A stretch of DNA of 64,000 nucleotides from Myxococcales bacterium (lineage in GTDB: Bacteria > Myxococcota_A > Polyangia > Polyangiales > DASUME01), in the NCBI GenBank assembly GCA_047601445.1, contig JASGJH010000001.1, positions 6,944,001 to 7,008,000 on the forward strand, read 5' to 3'. Position numbers and translations under genes: made by a program. Each line of letters opens with the position of its first letter. Within the stretch, counting starts at the first letter, position 1. Shown one piece after another: positions 1 to 9,488 of the stretch. The notes beneath the pieces are model-generated. The model had not been told where the DNA came from. It did no database searches and worked only from the letters and a program-made list of their open reading frames with translations.

Positions 1-10
1 GAGGTCGATC

Positions 11-682
11 GTGAACCGAAGCGCTTGCTTCTTACTCGCTGCCGCTGCGGCACTGGCTGCCCAGGGTTGTCGTCCGGATACGCCGCGGCCCGGCGACGTC
101 TGCATGAAGCTGTCGGCTACGTCCCAGGGGAACGATTCGGGCTGCCAGAGCCAGGTCTGCGTGGCCGCGCACCAGGAGCTGAAGCGCGATGTAACCCAGG
201 GCAGCGCGGGGCTCGTGTGCGAGCACTGCACGGGCATTCCTGCCGACAAGTTCGGGACCGACGAGAGCCCCTGGGCGCTCATGATGAGCTACGAGAGCTC
301 CGATCTCGACCTCGAGCTCTACTTCGACAACCGCGTGAGTACCGACTACTCGACGGCCAATCTCGCGAAGTACGCCATGTATGCCAGCGGCACGTTCAAG
401 ACCTCCGTGGGCAATAGCCGCTTTTTGTACGAGCCATTCGAGGTGGTCGGATACACGGGCGGCAAGCTGCAGGTCCGGCTGACCCCGCAAATCACGTACA
501 TCTACTTCGACAGCATCGGAGATCCCAAGCTGTACAACGTGGGTGGCGTGCCCGTGATTAGTGCCCACCAGACCTGTGTCTACGGTCGCGAGGACTCCGA
601 CGGCCCGCCCGTGTGGCCCACCGACACGTACTACGAGCTCGCCATCGACTTCAACGCGCCCGTCACGCTGACGGCTTACTGA
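11..682 (+). CDS. Cys-containing lipoprotein of unknown function, tandem paralog 1
   Basis: GTG start after GAGG; hydrophobic signal ending LAAQG-C; aligns over its whole length with 704..1375 (both 223 aa). Confidence 0.85.
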   Translation: MNRSACFLLAAAAALAAQGCRPDTPRPGDVCMKLSATSQGNDSGCQSQVCVAAHQELKRDVTQGSAGLVCEHCTGIPADKFGTDESPWALMMSYESSDLDLELYFDNRVSTDYSTANLAKYAMYASGTFKTSVGNSRFLYEPFEVVGYTGGKLQVRLTPQITYIYFDSIGDPKLYNVGGVPVISAHQTCVYGREDSDGPPVWPTDTYYELAIDFNAPVTLTAY

Positions 683-703
683 GAATCCTGCTGGAGGTCC
701 GTC

Positions 704-1375
704 GTGAATCAAAGCGCTTCCTTCTTGCTCGCGGCGTTCGTGGCACTCGCTGCCCAGGGCTGTCGTCCGGAAACGCCGCGCCCTGGCGACGTCTGCTTTC
801 CGCTGACGGGCACCTCCCAGGGGAACAACTCGGGCTGTCAGAAGCAGGTCTGCACGGCGGCGCATCAGGAAGTGAAGCGCGATGTGAACCAGGGCAGCGC
901 GGGCTTCGTGTGCGAGCACTGCACGGGCATCCCGGCCGACAAGATCGCGAGCGACACCGTCTACGGTGGGATCGTGATGAAGTACGAGAGCTCCGATCTC
1001 TACCTCGAGCTTCTATTCGACAACCGCGCGAGCCTCGACTACTCGGCGGCCAACCTCGAGCACTGGGCCATTCACGCGCAGGGCACGTTCACGACCTCCG
1101 CGGGCACTAGCCGCTTCTTCTACGAGCCGTTCGAGTTGGTCGGATACGAAAACGGGAAGCTCCACGTCCGCCTGCACCCCCAGCTCTCCGGCACCGCCTT
1201 CAGCACGATCGGAGACCCCAAGGTGTTCCTCTTCGGCGGCGTGCCCCTGGTGACCCTCCATCAGACCTGCGTGTACGGCCTCGACTATGTCGACGTCCCG
1301 CCGCCCCCGCCCGGGGCCACGGTCTACGATCTCGCCATCGATCTCAATTTGCCCGTCACGATGACGGCCTACTGA
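704..1375 (+). CDS. Cys-containing lipoprotein of unknown function, tandem paralog 2
   Basis: GGAGG RBS, GTG start, LAAQG-C lipobox; shares CRP.TPRPGDVC, VCEHCTGIPADK, YESSDL.LEL.FDNR and PVT.TAY with the upstream copy. Confidence 0.85.
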   Translation: MNQSASFLLAAFVALAAQGCRPETPRPGDVCFPLTGTSQGNNSGCQKQVCTAAHQEVKRDVNQGSAGFVCEHCTGIPADKIASDTVYGGIVMKYESSDLYLELLFDNRASLDYSAANLEHWAIHAQGTFTTSAGTSRFFYEPFELVGYENGKLHVRLHPQLSGTAFSTIGDPKVFLFGGVPLVTLHQTCVYGLDYVDVPPPPPGATVYDLAIDLNLPVTMTAY

Positions 1376-1476
1376 GGCACTTAAGCGGGCATCTTTGGGA
1401 TTGATCTCCCAGCCGCTTCCGGATCTACTGCGAGACCCCGCGCAATGGCGCGGTGCAGTATTTCTGGAGACTTCCA

Positions 1477-4179
1477 ATGGGAGCTGGGCATCTCTTGCGC
1501 GTTCGGGGCAGCTTGCTGCTCGGGCTTGGGCTCGTGTCGGCTGGCGGGTGTTCGTCAGGCCACGATTCGGGGCAGGTCATCGGTGACTCCGGGCCAGACG
1601 GAGAGCATGACGCCAGTGCGCACCAGGGCGATGGCTCTGCGAGTGGTGGCCATGGAGATGGCGGCGTGGACGACGCGGGCGATGGATCCTGCGGGCCGCT
1701 CTATGAGCCCGCCGTGCTCGGCGACTCCAAGGATCCACCCGAGGCCGACCCTGCGCTCGCGACCCAGCCCCACAAGTACTTCACCATCAAGGTCAAGGAC
1801 GCGAACAACGGCCAGGCCATCGAGGGCGCCACGCTCGTCACCACCAACAAGATCGTGTTCACCTCGGATGAGCACGGTGTGGTGGCCTTCTATGAGCCGG
1901 GGCTGATGGGGACCGACGTCTACTTCGACGTGAAGCACCCCGGCTACGAAGTCCCCGCCGATACGTTTGGTGGTCATGGCAAGGCGCTGAAGCCCATGGA
2001 GGGCGGCTCCGGCGAGATCACCATGAACAAGACGAGCGGCACGGCGGCTGCAGCGCAGGGCGACCTCCAGAGTCGCCTGGTGGCGGCGAACGTGCCGGGA
2101 CCCGCCGCCTGCATGAGCATCCGCGTGGTAGACAGCGTGAGCAAGCGCGGCGTGCCGCTGGTGGACTTCGCGGCCTTCGGCGAGCATGCGTGGTCCGACA
2201 GCCAAGGCATGATCGCCTACTGCCATCCGGACCATGTGGGCAGCAGCGTGGAGTTCGAGGTCAAGAGCCACGGCTATGCCTTGCCTGCGAGCGCCACCAA
2301 GAAGAGCATCGCCACGACCAAGGGCGGCAGCATCACAGTCGAGGTGGAGCGCAAGATCATCGCGGAGCGCCTCTATCGCATCACCGGGGCGGGCGCCTAT
2401 CGCGACAGCGTACTGCTCGGACTGAAGACACCGCTTTCCAAGCCGAATTTGAACGCCCTCGTGATGGGCTCGGACACGGGCTCCACGGCACTCTACAAAG
2501 GCAAGCTGTTCTGGCTGTGGCAGGACACCGACCGCGCGGCCTATTGGCTGGGCAACTTCCACGGCACCGGGGCGACCTCGCAGCTCCCGGCCCAGGGCGG
2601 CGTGTCTCCCGATCTGGGCGTGGAGCTCACGTATTATCAGGGCAACGACGGCTTCGCCGCGCCCATGTGTGACGGCTGCGAGGGCGGGCCCGCGTGGATG
2701 GCGGGCATCGTGAGCGTGCCCGATGCGCAAGGCCAGGACGCACTGTTCGGCGGTTACGCCATCGTGAACAGCGATATGTCGCCCAAAGAGACAGGGCTCG
2801 TGCGCTTCGACGATGCGAAGAGTCACTTCACCCGCGTGATCACCGACTTCCTCTCACGCAGCGATTTCATTCGTCCCGATGGGCACGCCGTGAAGCTGGA
2901 GCACGCTCCGGGGGCCTACGTACACTACTTCGATCGGCTGCGTATCCCGGCCACGGCCGAAGCGTTCATGGACCCGGCCAAGTACGAGCAGTTCACGCCC
3001 TATGGCGCGGGCGGTTCGGGCACCCTTCAGCGCGCGAGCGACGGCACGCTCGACTACGCTTGGCGTGCAGGCGGACGACACGCGACGAGCACAGCGCTCC
3101 AGGGCGCTGGCGTCAAGAAGCAAGAGGACCTCGACGGACACGAGCGCGCATTCGACACGGGTGCGGGCGTCGGGCTCACGGGCAACTCGTTGGCGTGGAA
3201 CCAACATCGCGGTCGCTTCGTACGCATCGCCCAGCAGCTCGGCGGAAGCTCGTCGTTCCTAGGAGAAATCTGGCACGCCGAGGCGGACACACCGGTGGGG
3301 CCGTGGGTCTACGCGCAAAAGATCATCTCCCACGACGTGTACACCTTCTACAACACGTTCCATCATCCGGAGTTCGAGCACGGTCAGTACATGTACGTGG
3401 AGGGCACGTATACCGCGTCCTTCAGCGATGCCGAGATGACACCGCGCTACAACTACAACCAGATGATGTATCGTGTCGACCTCGAGGACGACCGCTTGAT
3501 CATGCCGGTGCCCGTGTACGTGCGCGCGCAGGGGACGGACTTGGTGACCAAGCGTGGGCTACGGCGCGACGAGGCACCGCTTGCGGCGGCGTTCTTGGCG
3601 CTCGATCGCGCGACCTCCGAGAGCGTGCCGGTGAGCTGGTCCACGGCGAGCTGCGGCGCGGACCGCAAGCTGGTGGTGGGTGACACGCCAGCGGTCACGC
3701 CACTGTTCTACGCCCTGGCTGCCAACACCACGCCTGCGCCTGCCCACACCGTGGGCCTCTACGAGTTCGCCCATGCAGACGGCCGACGCGCTTATGGGCT
3801 CGATGGTGCGACGCTGCCCGCGGGCTTCGCGCGCGGAGCCAAGCCCATCGCCCTGGTATGGGAAAACCCGATTCAGGTGAAGCTGCCGGTGGCCGACTAC
3901 CTCGGTGATCTGGTGGTCGATGCCGGGCCGGATCAATGCCTCACGCTGGGGGCCCAGAGCACCAAGAGTGTGACGCTCGACACGGGCAAGAGCTCCGCCC
4001 TCGGCAGCGCCGTGAAGTCGGTGCGTTGGCAAGTGCCAGGTCGTGCTGCCTGCGAGTATGTGGATGGGCAGAGCGTGAGCTTGGACCTGCCCGAGGGCAC
4101 CCACGAGATCGTGGTGGAAGTGCTCACCGAAGCGGGCGTCTACGGACGCGACACGGTGACGGTGGTGGTCGGCAAGTAG
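1477..4179 (+). CDS. Large multidomain lipoprotein: two carboxypeptidase-regulatory-like repeats, putative beta-propeller (possibly glycosidase-like) core, C-terminal PKD-like domain
   Basis: ATG 1477 with GGAGA RBS; signal ending SAGG-C; Asp/Gly-rich linker; duplicated 'I.V.D..G..V...SD..G..A' units; LFWLWQDT motif; C-terminal VDAGPDQ...W...GTHEIVVEV. Confidence 0.7.
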   Translation: MGAGHLLRVRGSLLLGLGLVSAGGCSSGHDSGQVIGDSGPDGEHDASAHQGDGSASGGHGDGGVDDAGDGSCGPLYEPAVLGDSKDPPEADPALATQPHKYFTIKVKDANNGQAIEGATLVTTNKIVFTSDEHGVVAFYEPGLMGTDVYFDVKHPGYEVPADTFGGHGKALKPMEGGSGEITMNKTSGTAAAAQGDLQSRLVAANVPGPAACMSIRVVDSVSKRGVPLVDFAAFGEHAWSDSQGMIAYCHPDHVGSSVEFEVKSHGYALPASATKKSIATTKGGSITVEVERKIIAERLYRITGAGAYRDSVLLGLKTPLSKPNLNALVMGSDTGSTALYKGKLFWLWQDTDRAAYWLGNFHGTGATSQLPAQGGVSPDLGVELTYYQGNDGFAAPMCDGCEGGPAWMAGIVSVPDAQGQDALFGGYAIVNSDMSPKETGLVRFDDAKSHFTRVITDFLSRSDFIRPDGHAVKLEHAPGAYVHYFDRLRIPATAEAFMDPAKYEQFTPYGAGGSGTLQRASDGTLDYAWRAGGRHATSTALQGAGVKKQEDLDGHERAFDTGAGVGLTGNSLAWNQHRGRFVRIAQQLGGSSSFLGEIWHAEADTPVGPWVYAQKIISHDVYTFYNTFHHPEFEHGQYMYVEGTYTASFSDAEMTPRYNYNQMMYRVDLEDDRLIMPVPVYVRAQGTDLVTKRGLRRDEAPLAAAFLALDRATSESVPVSWSTASCGADRKLVVGDTPAVTPLFYALAANTTPAPAHTVGLYEFAHADGRRAYGLDGATLPAGFARGAKPIALVWENPIQVKLPVADYLGDLVVDAGPDQCLTLGAQSTKSVTLDTGKSSALGSAVKSVRWQVPGRAACEYVDGQSVSLDLPEGTHEIVVEVLTEAGVYGRDTVTVVVGK

Positions 4180-4333
4180 GCCGCTTCGCGACGAACTCCG
4201 CCAGCCAAGTGCTCAGCGCTCGCGTGCCATGCGCGAGGCCGTGCTCGATGTGCGCATCGATCCACCCGCTCGCCATCGTTGGAGCGCTGCCGCGGTATGC
4301 TTTGCCTTACCACGGGAACTGGAGGTCGACGCC

Positions 4334-4753
4334 ATGACAACTCCCGAGTGGGTTCTGTTGGGTTTCGCTGGTTGGACACTGACGGTCCTGTTTCTGAGTG
4401 TCGGGGTGTACCGCTGGAGCCATATTCTCACGAGGCGGCGACGGATCGCGGACTTCCGAGCCGACGGCGCGGATGGTCCGGCCTGGTACCAGCGGGCGAC
4501 GCGCGCGCATGCGAACTGCATTGAGAACCTACCGGTCTATGGGGCGATCGTCCTCGCGGCGCGCTCTGCGCGGGTCGATGATGGCTTGCTCGACACATTG
4601 GCGTGCATTCTGTTGGCGGCGCGCCTGATTCAGTCGACCCTTCACATCTCACTCGAGCCCAGCGACCGTGCCGTGAGCGTGCGCTTCGCCTTCTACCTGC
4701 TGCAAATCGTCTGCATGTTATGGATGGGGATTCACGTCGCGCTCGCGGCTTAG
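4334..4753 (+). CDS. MAPEG family membrane protein
   Basis: GGAGG RBS before ATG 4334; RATRAHANCIENLPVY motif; AARLIQS; about 4 TM helices. Confidence 0.85.
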   Translation: MTTPEWVLLGFAGWTLTVLFLSVGVYRWSHILTRRRRIADFRADGADGPAWYQRATRAHANCIENLPVYGAIVLAARSARVDDGLLDTLACILLAARLIQSTLHISLEPSDRAVSVRFAFYLLQIVCMLWMGIHVALAA

Positions 4754-4769
4754 GTCGCAGGTTGGAATG

Positions 4770-6608
4770 CTACCCGGCCTCGTGTTCAGCCGAGCGATAG
4801 CCCGCGTAGATCTCCGCTGGACGGGCGACGCCATGGCGAGCGAAGGCCGCTGCCGGGGTGAGGACTTCGGGAGATTGGGCGGGAACTCCGTAGAGCACCG
4901 GCAGCGCGAGCTTCACCGCGCTCGGCGCAATTGCCCGCAAGAGGATCTCTTCCAGCCAGGGCAGGCGAGACACCAGGCCGAAGCTGACGCGCATGACGGG
5001 GATGAGCGCGCTGTCGAGCCATGCCCCCTGTCGCAAGCCGACCATGTTGCGCTGCCACCTCGGCATGGTTCCGATGACGGCACGTCGCAGCACGGTGTTC
5101 ACGACCCAGGCCACCGGTGTGAGCCGAGTCAGCCACCCAGGGAACGCAGCCTTGCTATTGAGGAGGTGCTCCATCGTTTGGGCGGCCACCGTGGAGCCGA
5201 CGAGTCCGGGCCGGACGCTGGCAAAGTAGGCCCTCAGTCCCTCTCTCGTTCGGGGGACATCGTTGGGGTCGCACGTCTGTAGCTGCGCTGCCGTTGCGCA
5301 ATCTTCCCAGTAGCGGAGCTCGTCCGCCGCGGAGAGCCGGCCGGGACCGTACTTCTCGTAGACGTACAGAATGGAATGCCAAGCCGTCAGGTGGATCCAC
5401 AGCTGCGAAGCGGGAGCGTTCGCGTCGTAGGGTTTGCCCGAGATCGGTTCGATGCCCACCATCCGGCTATGCACCTTCATGAGCACCTCGGACGCCTTGA
5501 CGGCCGTGCGAGAGTCGCCGAGGACGACCGTGGCGAAGTACTTGATGGTTTGGTCGTAGCGAGCTTTCGGCTGAACGCGGATCTTCTTGGTCGCGTCGAC
5601 GGAAGCGACCAGGAAGGGGTCGAGCTCTTCGATCACCACGGCCCGCTGAAATCCCACGCTCAGCGAGGTGGGGTAGCTCCACACGCGCCACGCGACCGAG
5701 CCCGGGCCAAAAAAGCCGGCGTCGACCATCGGTGTGACCCTCGCGCTGCCCCGTCGCGGGCCGCCGACCGCTCGCACTCGATCGGCCCAAGCCGTCGCTG
5801 ATGGCAGGGCAAAGTCGAGAGCGAGGCCGCCCATGCCGATGAGCAACAAGAATCCAGCCACCAGCGCGTAGGCCCAACCCAGCTCGGGGAATCGAACCAC
5901 ATTGATCGCGAGCAGCAGGCCCAATACGAGGGACGCCCAGACCGCACCACGCAGCCGGCCCAAGTCATGCTCAGCCACCGCACCCACCGAGAGCGCGCCG
6001 AGGGCCAACAGCCATGTGCCGACCGCGGGGGCGTCCAGTTCCCAGGTCGGCCACGGCAGGAAGTCCACTCCCAACAGCAACGCAAGTCCGGCGCATCCCG
6101 CGGCGACCCCGGGAACGAACAGGCCCATGAAGGTCCACCGCGGAAGACCTTGCTGCCGCGGCGCCACTTCTCCCGGCCCGCGTGTTGCCATCCACGCGCC
6201 GACTGAGAGCCCCAGGGGTGCGAGCCCGTGGAAGACCATCCAGCCGAGCGCCACCAGCGCCGCGATGGGCCCGTCGCCCAGGCTCGCGAGAGACGAGGTG
6301 CGCGTGAACGTCGCGACGGCCATGGCTGCGAGCTGAACCAGCGTGGCGGCGAGCGCCAGCCGCGCATCGGCCCAGCGTCCGCTTCGCGAGGACACGAACA
6401 GCAAGGTCGAACCTGCCAGGTACCCGGCCCCGAGTGTGGCTGAGGTTACCGGACTGTCGAAGCTCCAAGCGAAGAAGTAGTCCGTATGGCCGCTACCGAG
6501 AAAGAGCCCGGCCCCGGTGGTACCGGACAACAAGGCAATCAACGTCAGTGCGGAAAAGAGCACGAGGGGTAGTTGACGTTCGGAAGGGCCGGTCATGACG
6601 TCGCTCAC
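4770..6608 (-). CDS. MpaB/DUF2236-type oxygenase domain fused to an N-terminal multi-pass membrane domain
   Basis: C-terminal GFFGPGSVAWRV...KVHSRMVG...PYDANAP..QLWIHLT typical of the ER-bound oxygenase MpaB-like family; about 270 hydrophobic N-terminal residues. Confidence 0.8.
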   Translation of the reverse strand: MSDVMTGPSERQLPLVLFSALTLIALLSGTTGAGLFLGSGHTDYFFAWSFDSPVTSATLGAGYLAGSTLLFVSSRSGRWADARLALAATLVQLAAMAVATFTRTSSLASLGDGPIAALVALGWMVFHGLAPLGLSVGAWMATRGPGEVAPRQQGLPRWTFMGLFVPGVAAGCAGLALLLGVDFLPWPTWELDAPAVGTWLLALGALSVGAVAEHDLGRLRGAVWASLVLGLLLAINVVRFPELGWAYALVAGFLLLIGMGGLALDFALPSATAWADRVRAVGGPRRGSARVTPMVDAGFFGPGSVAWRVWSYPTSLSVGFQRAVVIEELDPFLVASVDATKKIRVQPKARYDQTIKYFATVVLGDSRTAVKASEVLMKVHSRMVGIEPISGKPYDANAPASQLWIHLTAWHSILYVYEKYGPGRLSAADELRYWEDCATAAQLQTCDPNDVPRTREGLRAYFASVRPGLVGSTVAAQTMEHLLNSKAAFPGWLTRLTPVAWVVNTVLRRAVIGTMPRWQRNMVGLRQGAWLDSALIPVMRVSFGLVSRLPWLEEILLRAIAPSAVKLALPVLYGVPAQSPEVLTPAAAFARHGVARPAEIYAGYRSAEHEAG

Positions 6609-6763
6609 TATCTCTCGCTACCGCGAGAGAAGCTCGACATTCAAGTGACCTGGATGGACATTTTTGCTCACCGCAGCGCGCCTCGGGGCGGGGGAGATAG
6701 CTTTCGCGAAGTGTTCGACCTGGACCTACCCGCGGCATGGCCACCCGCATATCTGGGGAGCAC

Positions 6764-7222
6764 TCAACAAAAGCCAACCACACCCATGGCGCGCGCGATG
6801 GCGTGCAGGTCGTGCAGGTTGATCTCGAAGTGGCCGCGGCGCGCGAGCATGCCCCAGTTGGCGTGCTCGCGGATGAAGTCGAGCTCGTCATTCAGATCCT
6901 GCACGGGAACCCGCCGCTGGACCTCGGCGTAGGTAATGTCGCGCCGCTTGGGCACGAACCCGCCGCCCATGTCGAACGGGTAGACGCTCTGCCCGGACAC
7001 CTTGCCGAGCGCAGTGAACGCACGCAAGGGCTCGCCTGCATGCATGTCCGTGCGCGGCGAGTAGTACACGAGGTAGTCCCCCACGTTCATACGCGTGAGG
7101 GGCGCGCTCTTGCCATGGCACAACTGCGCGAAGCCGCCCTTCACGCCGCGGCGCACGTGGGACTCGGAGACCACGCCTACCCAGGCGCGCGCTCCCGCAA
7201 CTTGTTTGCCGTTCGCTTGCAT
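6764..7222 (-). CDS. EVE domain protein
   Basis: WVGVVSESHVRRGVKGGFAQLCHGKSAPLTRM..GD.LVYYSPR; GGAGG RBS. Confidence 0.88.
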   Translation of the reverse strand: MQANGKQVAGARAWVGVVSESHVRRGVKGGFAQLCHGKSAPLTRMNVGDYLVYYSPRTDMHAGEPLRAFTALGKVSGQSVYPFDMGGGFVPKRRDITYAEVQRRVPVQDLNDELDFIREHANWGMLARRGHFEINLHDLHAIARAMGVVGFC

Positions 7223-7385
7223 CGATGACCTCCAGGCTCAGAGCATGGGGACTGGCGGTGTCAGAAACTGGCAGCAGCGGCCGAAGCTAGCGAGCTCGAG
7301 CGCCGCGGCCTCGAAAAGGTTACTCCGGCGCCGGTTCGCAAAAGTAAGACAATTTCTCGCGCGTCGTAGTACAAAGCGCGGATCC

Positions 7386-8552
7386 GTGAAAGGGTCGATA
7401 CGCATAGGGTTCGGGGCTCGCTGGCTGCCGACGTTCGCCGTCCTGATGGCACTGCTGCCGGCACTGGCGTCGGCCCAGTCGAACCAGGCTCCGGGCAGTC
7501 ACTGGGGGGCGTCCATGTACCCGCGCCTGCAGCGTGGCTACTCGGTGGGGTTCGAGATCCTGGGCTTCAGTCAGTTCGGCAAGGACGCCCGCGGCAGCGA
7601 CGGCGCGGTGCTCAAACCCGGCGAGTGCTCGAACCCTTCGATGCAGGGCTCCATGGCCACGCCCTGCGCAGTGCGCGACCCCTACAACGACATCGACGAG
7701 ACGGTCGGACTCAACGTGATCGGCTTCTCGTGGACCCATCCGCTGCAGCGCTTCAACCTGAACCGCAGCAACCTGCTGTTCACGCTCAACGTGATCGGCG
7801 GCTGGGTCGGCGACAAGATCACGCAACTCTATCAAAACGACGTCATCCACAACCTCGCCAAGCTGCGGCACATCCCGCGAGAGAAGGTCGCCTGTGAGAA
7901 CTACAGCAACTTCGCGGAGTGTGGGATCTTCGGCGCCGGCGGTGAGCTGACCTATCAGTTCCATTCCTTCGACCGCGGCCCCAAGCGGCTCGGTTTGCGG
8001 CCCACGCCGCTCTTCCTCTCGGGCGGCGGTATGCTCTCGAACGTCGTGAGCGACCTGTACGTGCAGGCTGGCGTGAAGCGGTTCGAGCTGTGGGGACCCG
8101 CCTGGCCCAAGCTCGATCGCATCGTTTCGCTCTCGATCTCCACGCTGGTGCGCGGGGGCGTGCTGCTCAACGGTTTCGTGTTCCAGGAAGTGGGGAACTA
8201 CTACGTGGCCGCCGATGGAACCGTGGGCTTGCACTTCGCCAAGTACGATTTTCCGGTGACGCTCGAGTTCGGCTACACCGGCAGCTCGGGCATGTTCGTC
8301 AACGCGCGCCGCCAGCTGGCCAGCGACGGTCGCGAGATCCAGTCCGGTCCATTCCCGCAGGCCCTTCCGGAGCGCTTCTACCATCTGCGCGTGGAAATCG
8401 GAGAGTTCGCCTTCGAGACCTACAACGACGCGCCGGGCGGCAAAGACAAGGGACCGAGCTTCGGTGCCCGGGTTCTCTACAACTTCGTCCCGGGTACCTG
8501 GGAGGGCAACCTGATCGATCGCCTGGTTTCTCGCTGGGGAAGGAACAAATGA
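7386..8552 (+). CDS. Secreted, probably outer-membrane beta-strand-rich hypothetical protein
   Basis: Signal peptide ending ALASA; alternating aromatic/Gly strands; start codon uncertain; stop overlaps next start (ATGA). Confidence 0.65.
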   Translation: MKGSIRIGFGARWLPTFAVLMALLPALASAQSNQAPGSHWGASMYPRLQRGYSVGFEILGFSQFGKDARGSDGAVLKPGECSNPSMQGSMATPCAVRDPYNDIDETVGLNVIGFSWTHPLQRFNLNRSNLLFTLNVIGGWVGDKITQLYQNDVIHNLAKLRHIPREKVACENYSNFAECGIFGAGGELTYQFHSFDRGPKRLGLRPTPLFLSGGGMLSNVVSDLYVQAGVKRFELWGPAWPKLDRIVSLSISTLVRGGVLLNGFVFQEVGNYYVAADGTVGLHFAKYDFPVTLEFGYTGSSGMFVNARRQLASDGREIQSGPFPQALPERFYHLRVEIGEFAFETYNDAPGGKDKGPSFGARVLYNFVPGTWEGNLIDRLVSRWGRNK

Positions 8553-9304
8553 AGCGCGCCCAGCGGCATCTCGCGATGCTCACCTCGTGCGCCCTGCTCA
8601 TGCAGGCGTGTGGAGCCTTCTCGCGTAGCTACGTGGTGGAGACTCCGCGTGCGGCTCCGGTCGACGAGGCCTTCTATCTCAACGGATCCACGATTCAGGT
8701 CGACGATCTCGGCTACTGCTTGCGCATTCCGCTCGACCTGGGCGTGAGCTTGGCTGGCCTGGAGCATCGCCCGCAGGCCTTCGACTACGTGGTGGCCGCG
8801 CTGGACCAGAAGGGGCAGGCGCGCAGCGACGTGAGCACGCGCTACCGCATCTTCGCGCGCGATCGCAAGCTCGAGCTCTCCTGCGCCGATCTGAACTACA
8901 ACGAGAATCAGCGCGGCAGCGAGGAAGAGCTCGGTTCGTTCTTGCTCTCCCAACAGGGCGGCGCCCCCCATGAGAAGAGCCTCGCGCGCACCTTCAAGTA
9001 TCAGGACTACGCCAAGCAACCGCTGACCATCGGGGACGACGACTGGCAGCGCGGCTTCGTCAGCGTCTCCAACGTCGACCTCGTGGTGCGCTTCGAGAGC
9101 GACAAAGCACGTTACGCGCTGAAGCCCGGCGAGCAGGTCCGTATGGTGCTCAAGCTCGAGAACCAAGCCAAGGAGAACTTACCCGGGACCACCGAGGTCG
9201 AGCTGCAAAAAGTCCGCAAGCCGCGTGGTTGGCTCGCTCTCGTCATCGGCCTCACCCTGCTCGGCGCGGGCACGGTGTTGATCTTGCACACGACGGATCA
9301 ATAG
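8549..9304 (+). CDS. Hypothetical lipoprotein with C-terminal transmembrane helix
   Basis: ATGA coupling, AGGA RBS, LLMQA-C lipobox, C-terminal WLALVIGLTLLGAGTVLIL. Confidence 0.7.
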   Translation: MKRAQRHLAMLTSCALLMQACGAFSRSYVVETPRAAPVDEAFYLNGSTIQVDDLGYCLRIPLDLGVSLAGLEHRPQAFDYVVAALDQKGQARSDVSTRYRIFARDRKLELSCADLNYNENQRGSEEELGSFLLSQQGGAPHEKSLARTFKYQDYAKQPLTIGDDDWQRGFVSVSNVDLVVRFESDKARYALKPGEQVRMVLKLENQAKENLPGTTEVELQKVRKPRGWLALVIGLTLLGAGTVLILHTTDQ

Positions 9305-9488
9305 GAACCCAGGCAGCCTGCTCGCGCCTGGGCCCTGTTGCAGATTCGATTCGTTGGGACCCACTTTCGACCACCACCCCGAGCGAATCGGCGTCGCTTT
9401 GCGAGCTGGCCCACGTTCGACGCGCAGGTGCGAAGAAAGTCGGACTGGATCGGCGCCCACGATGCGCGTGTACAATTCCCAGCTGAGG

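Noticed and set aside
218..229. CEHC in the tandem lipoproteins as a heme c site
   Set aside because: The motif is CxxC followed by Thr, not CxxCH
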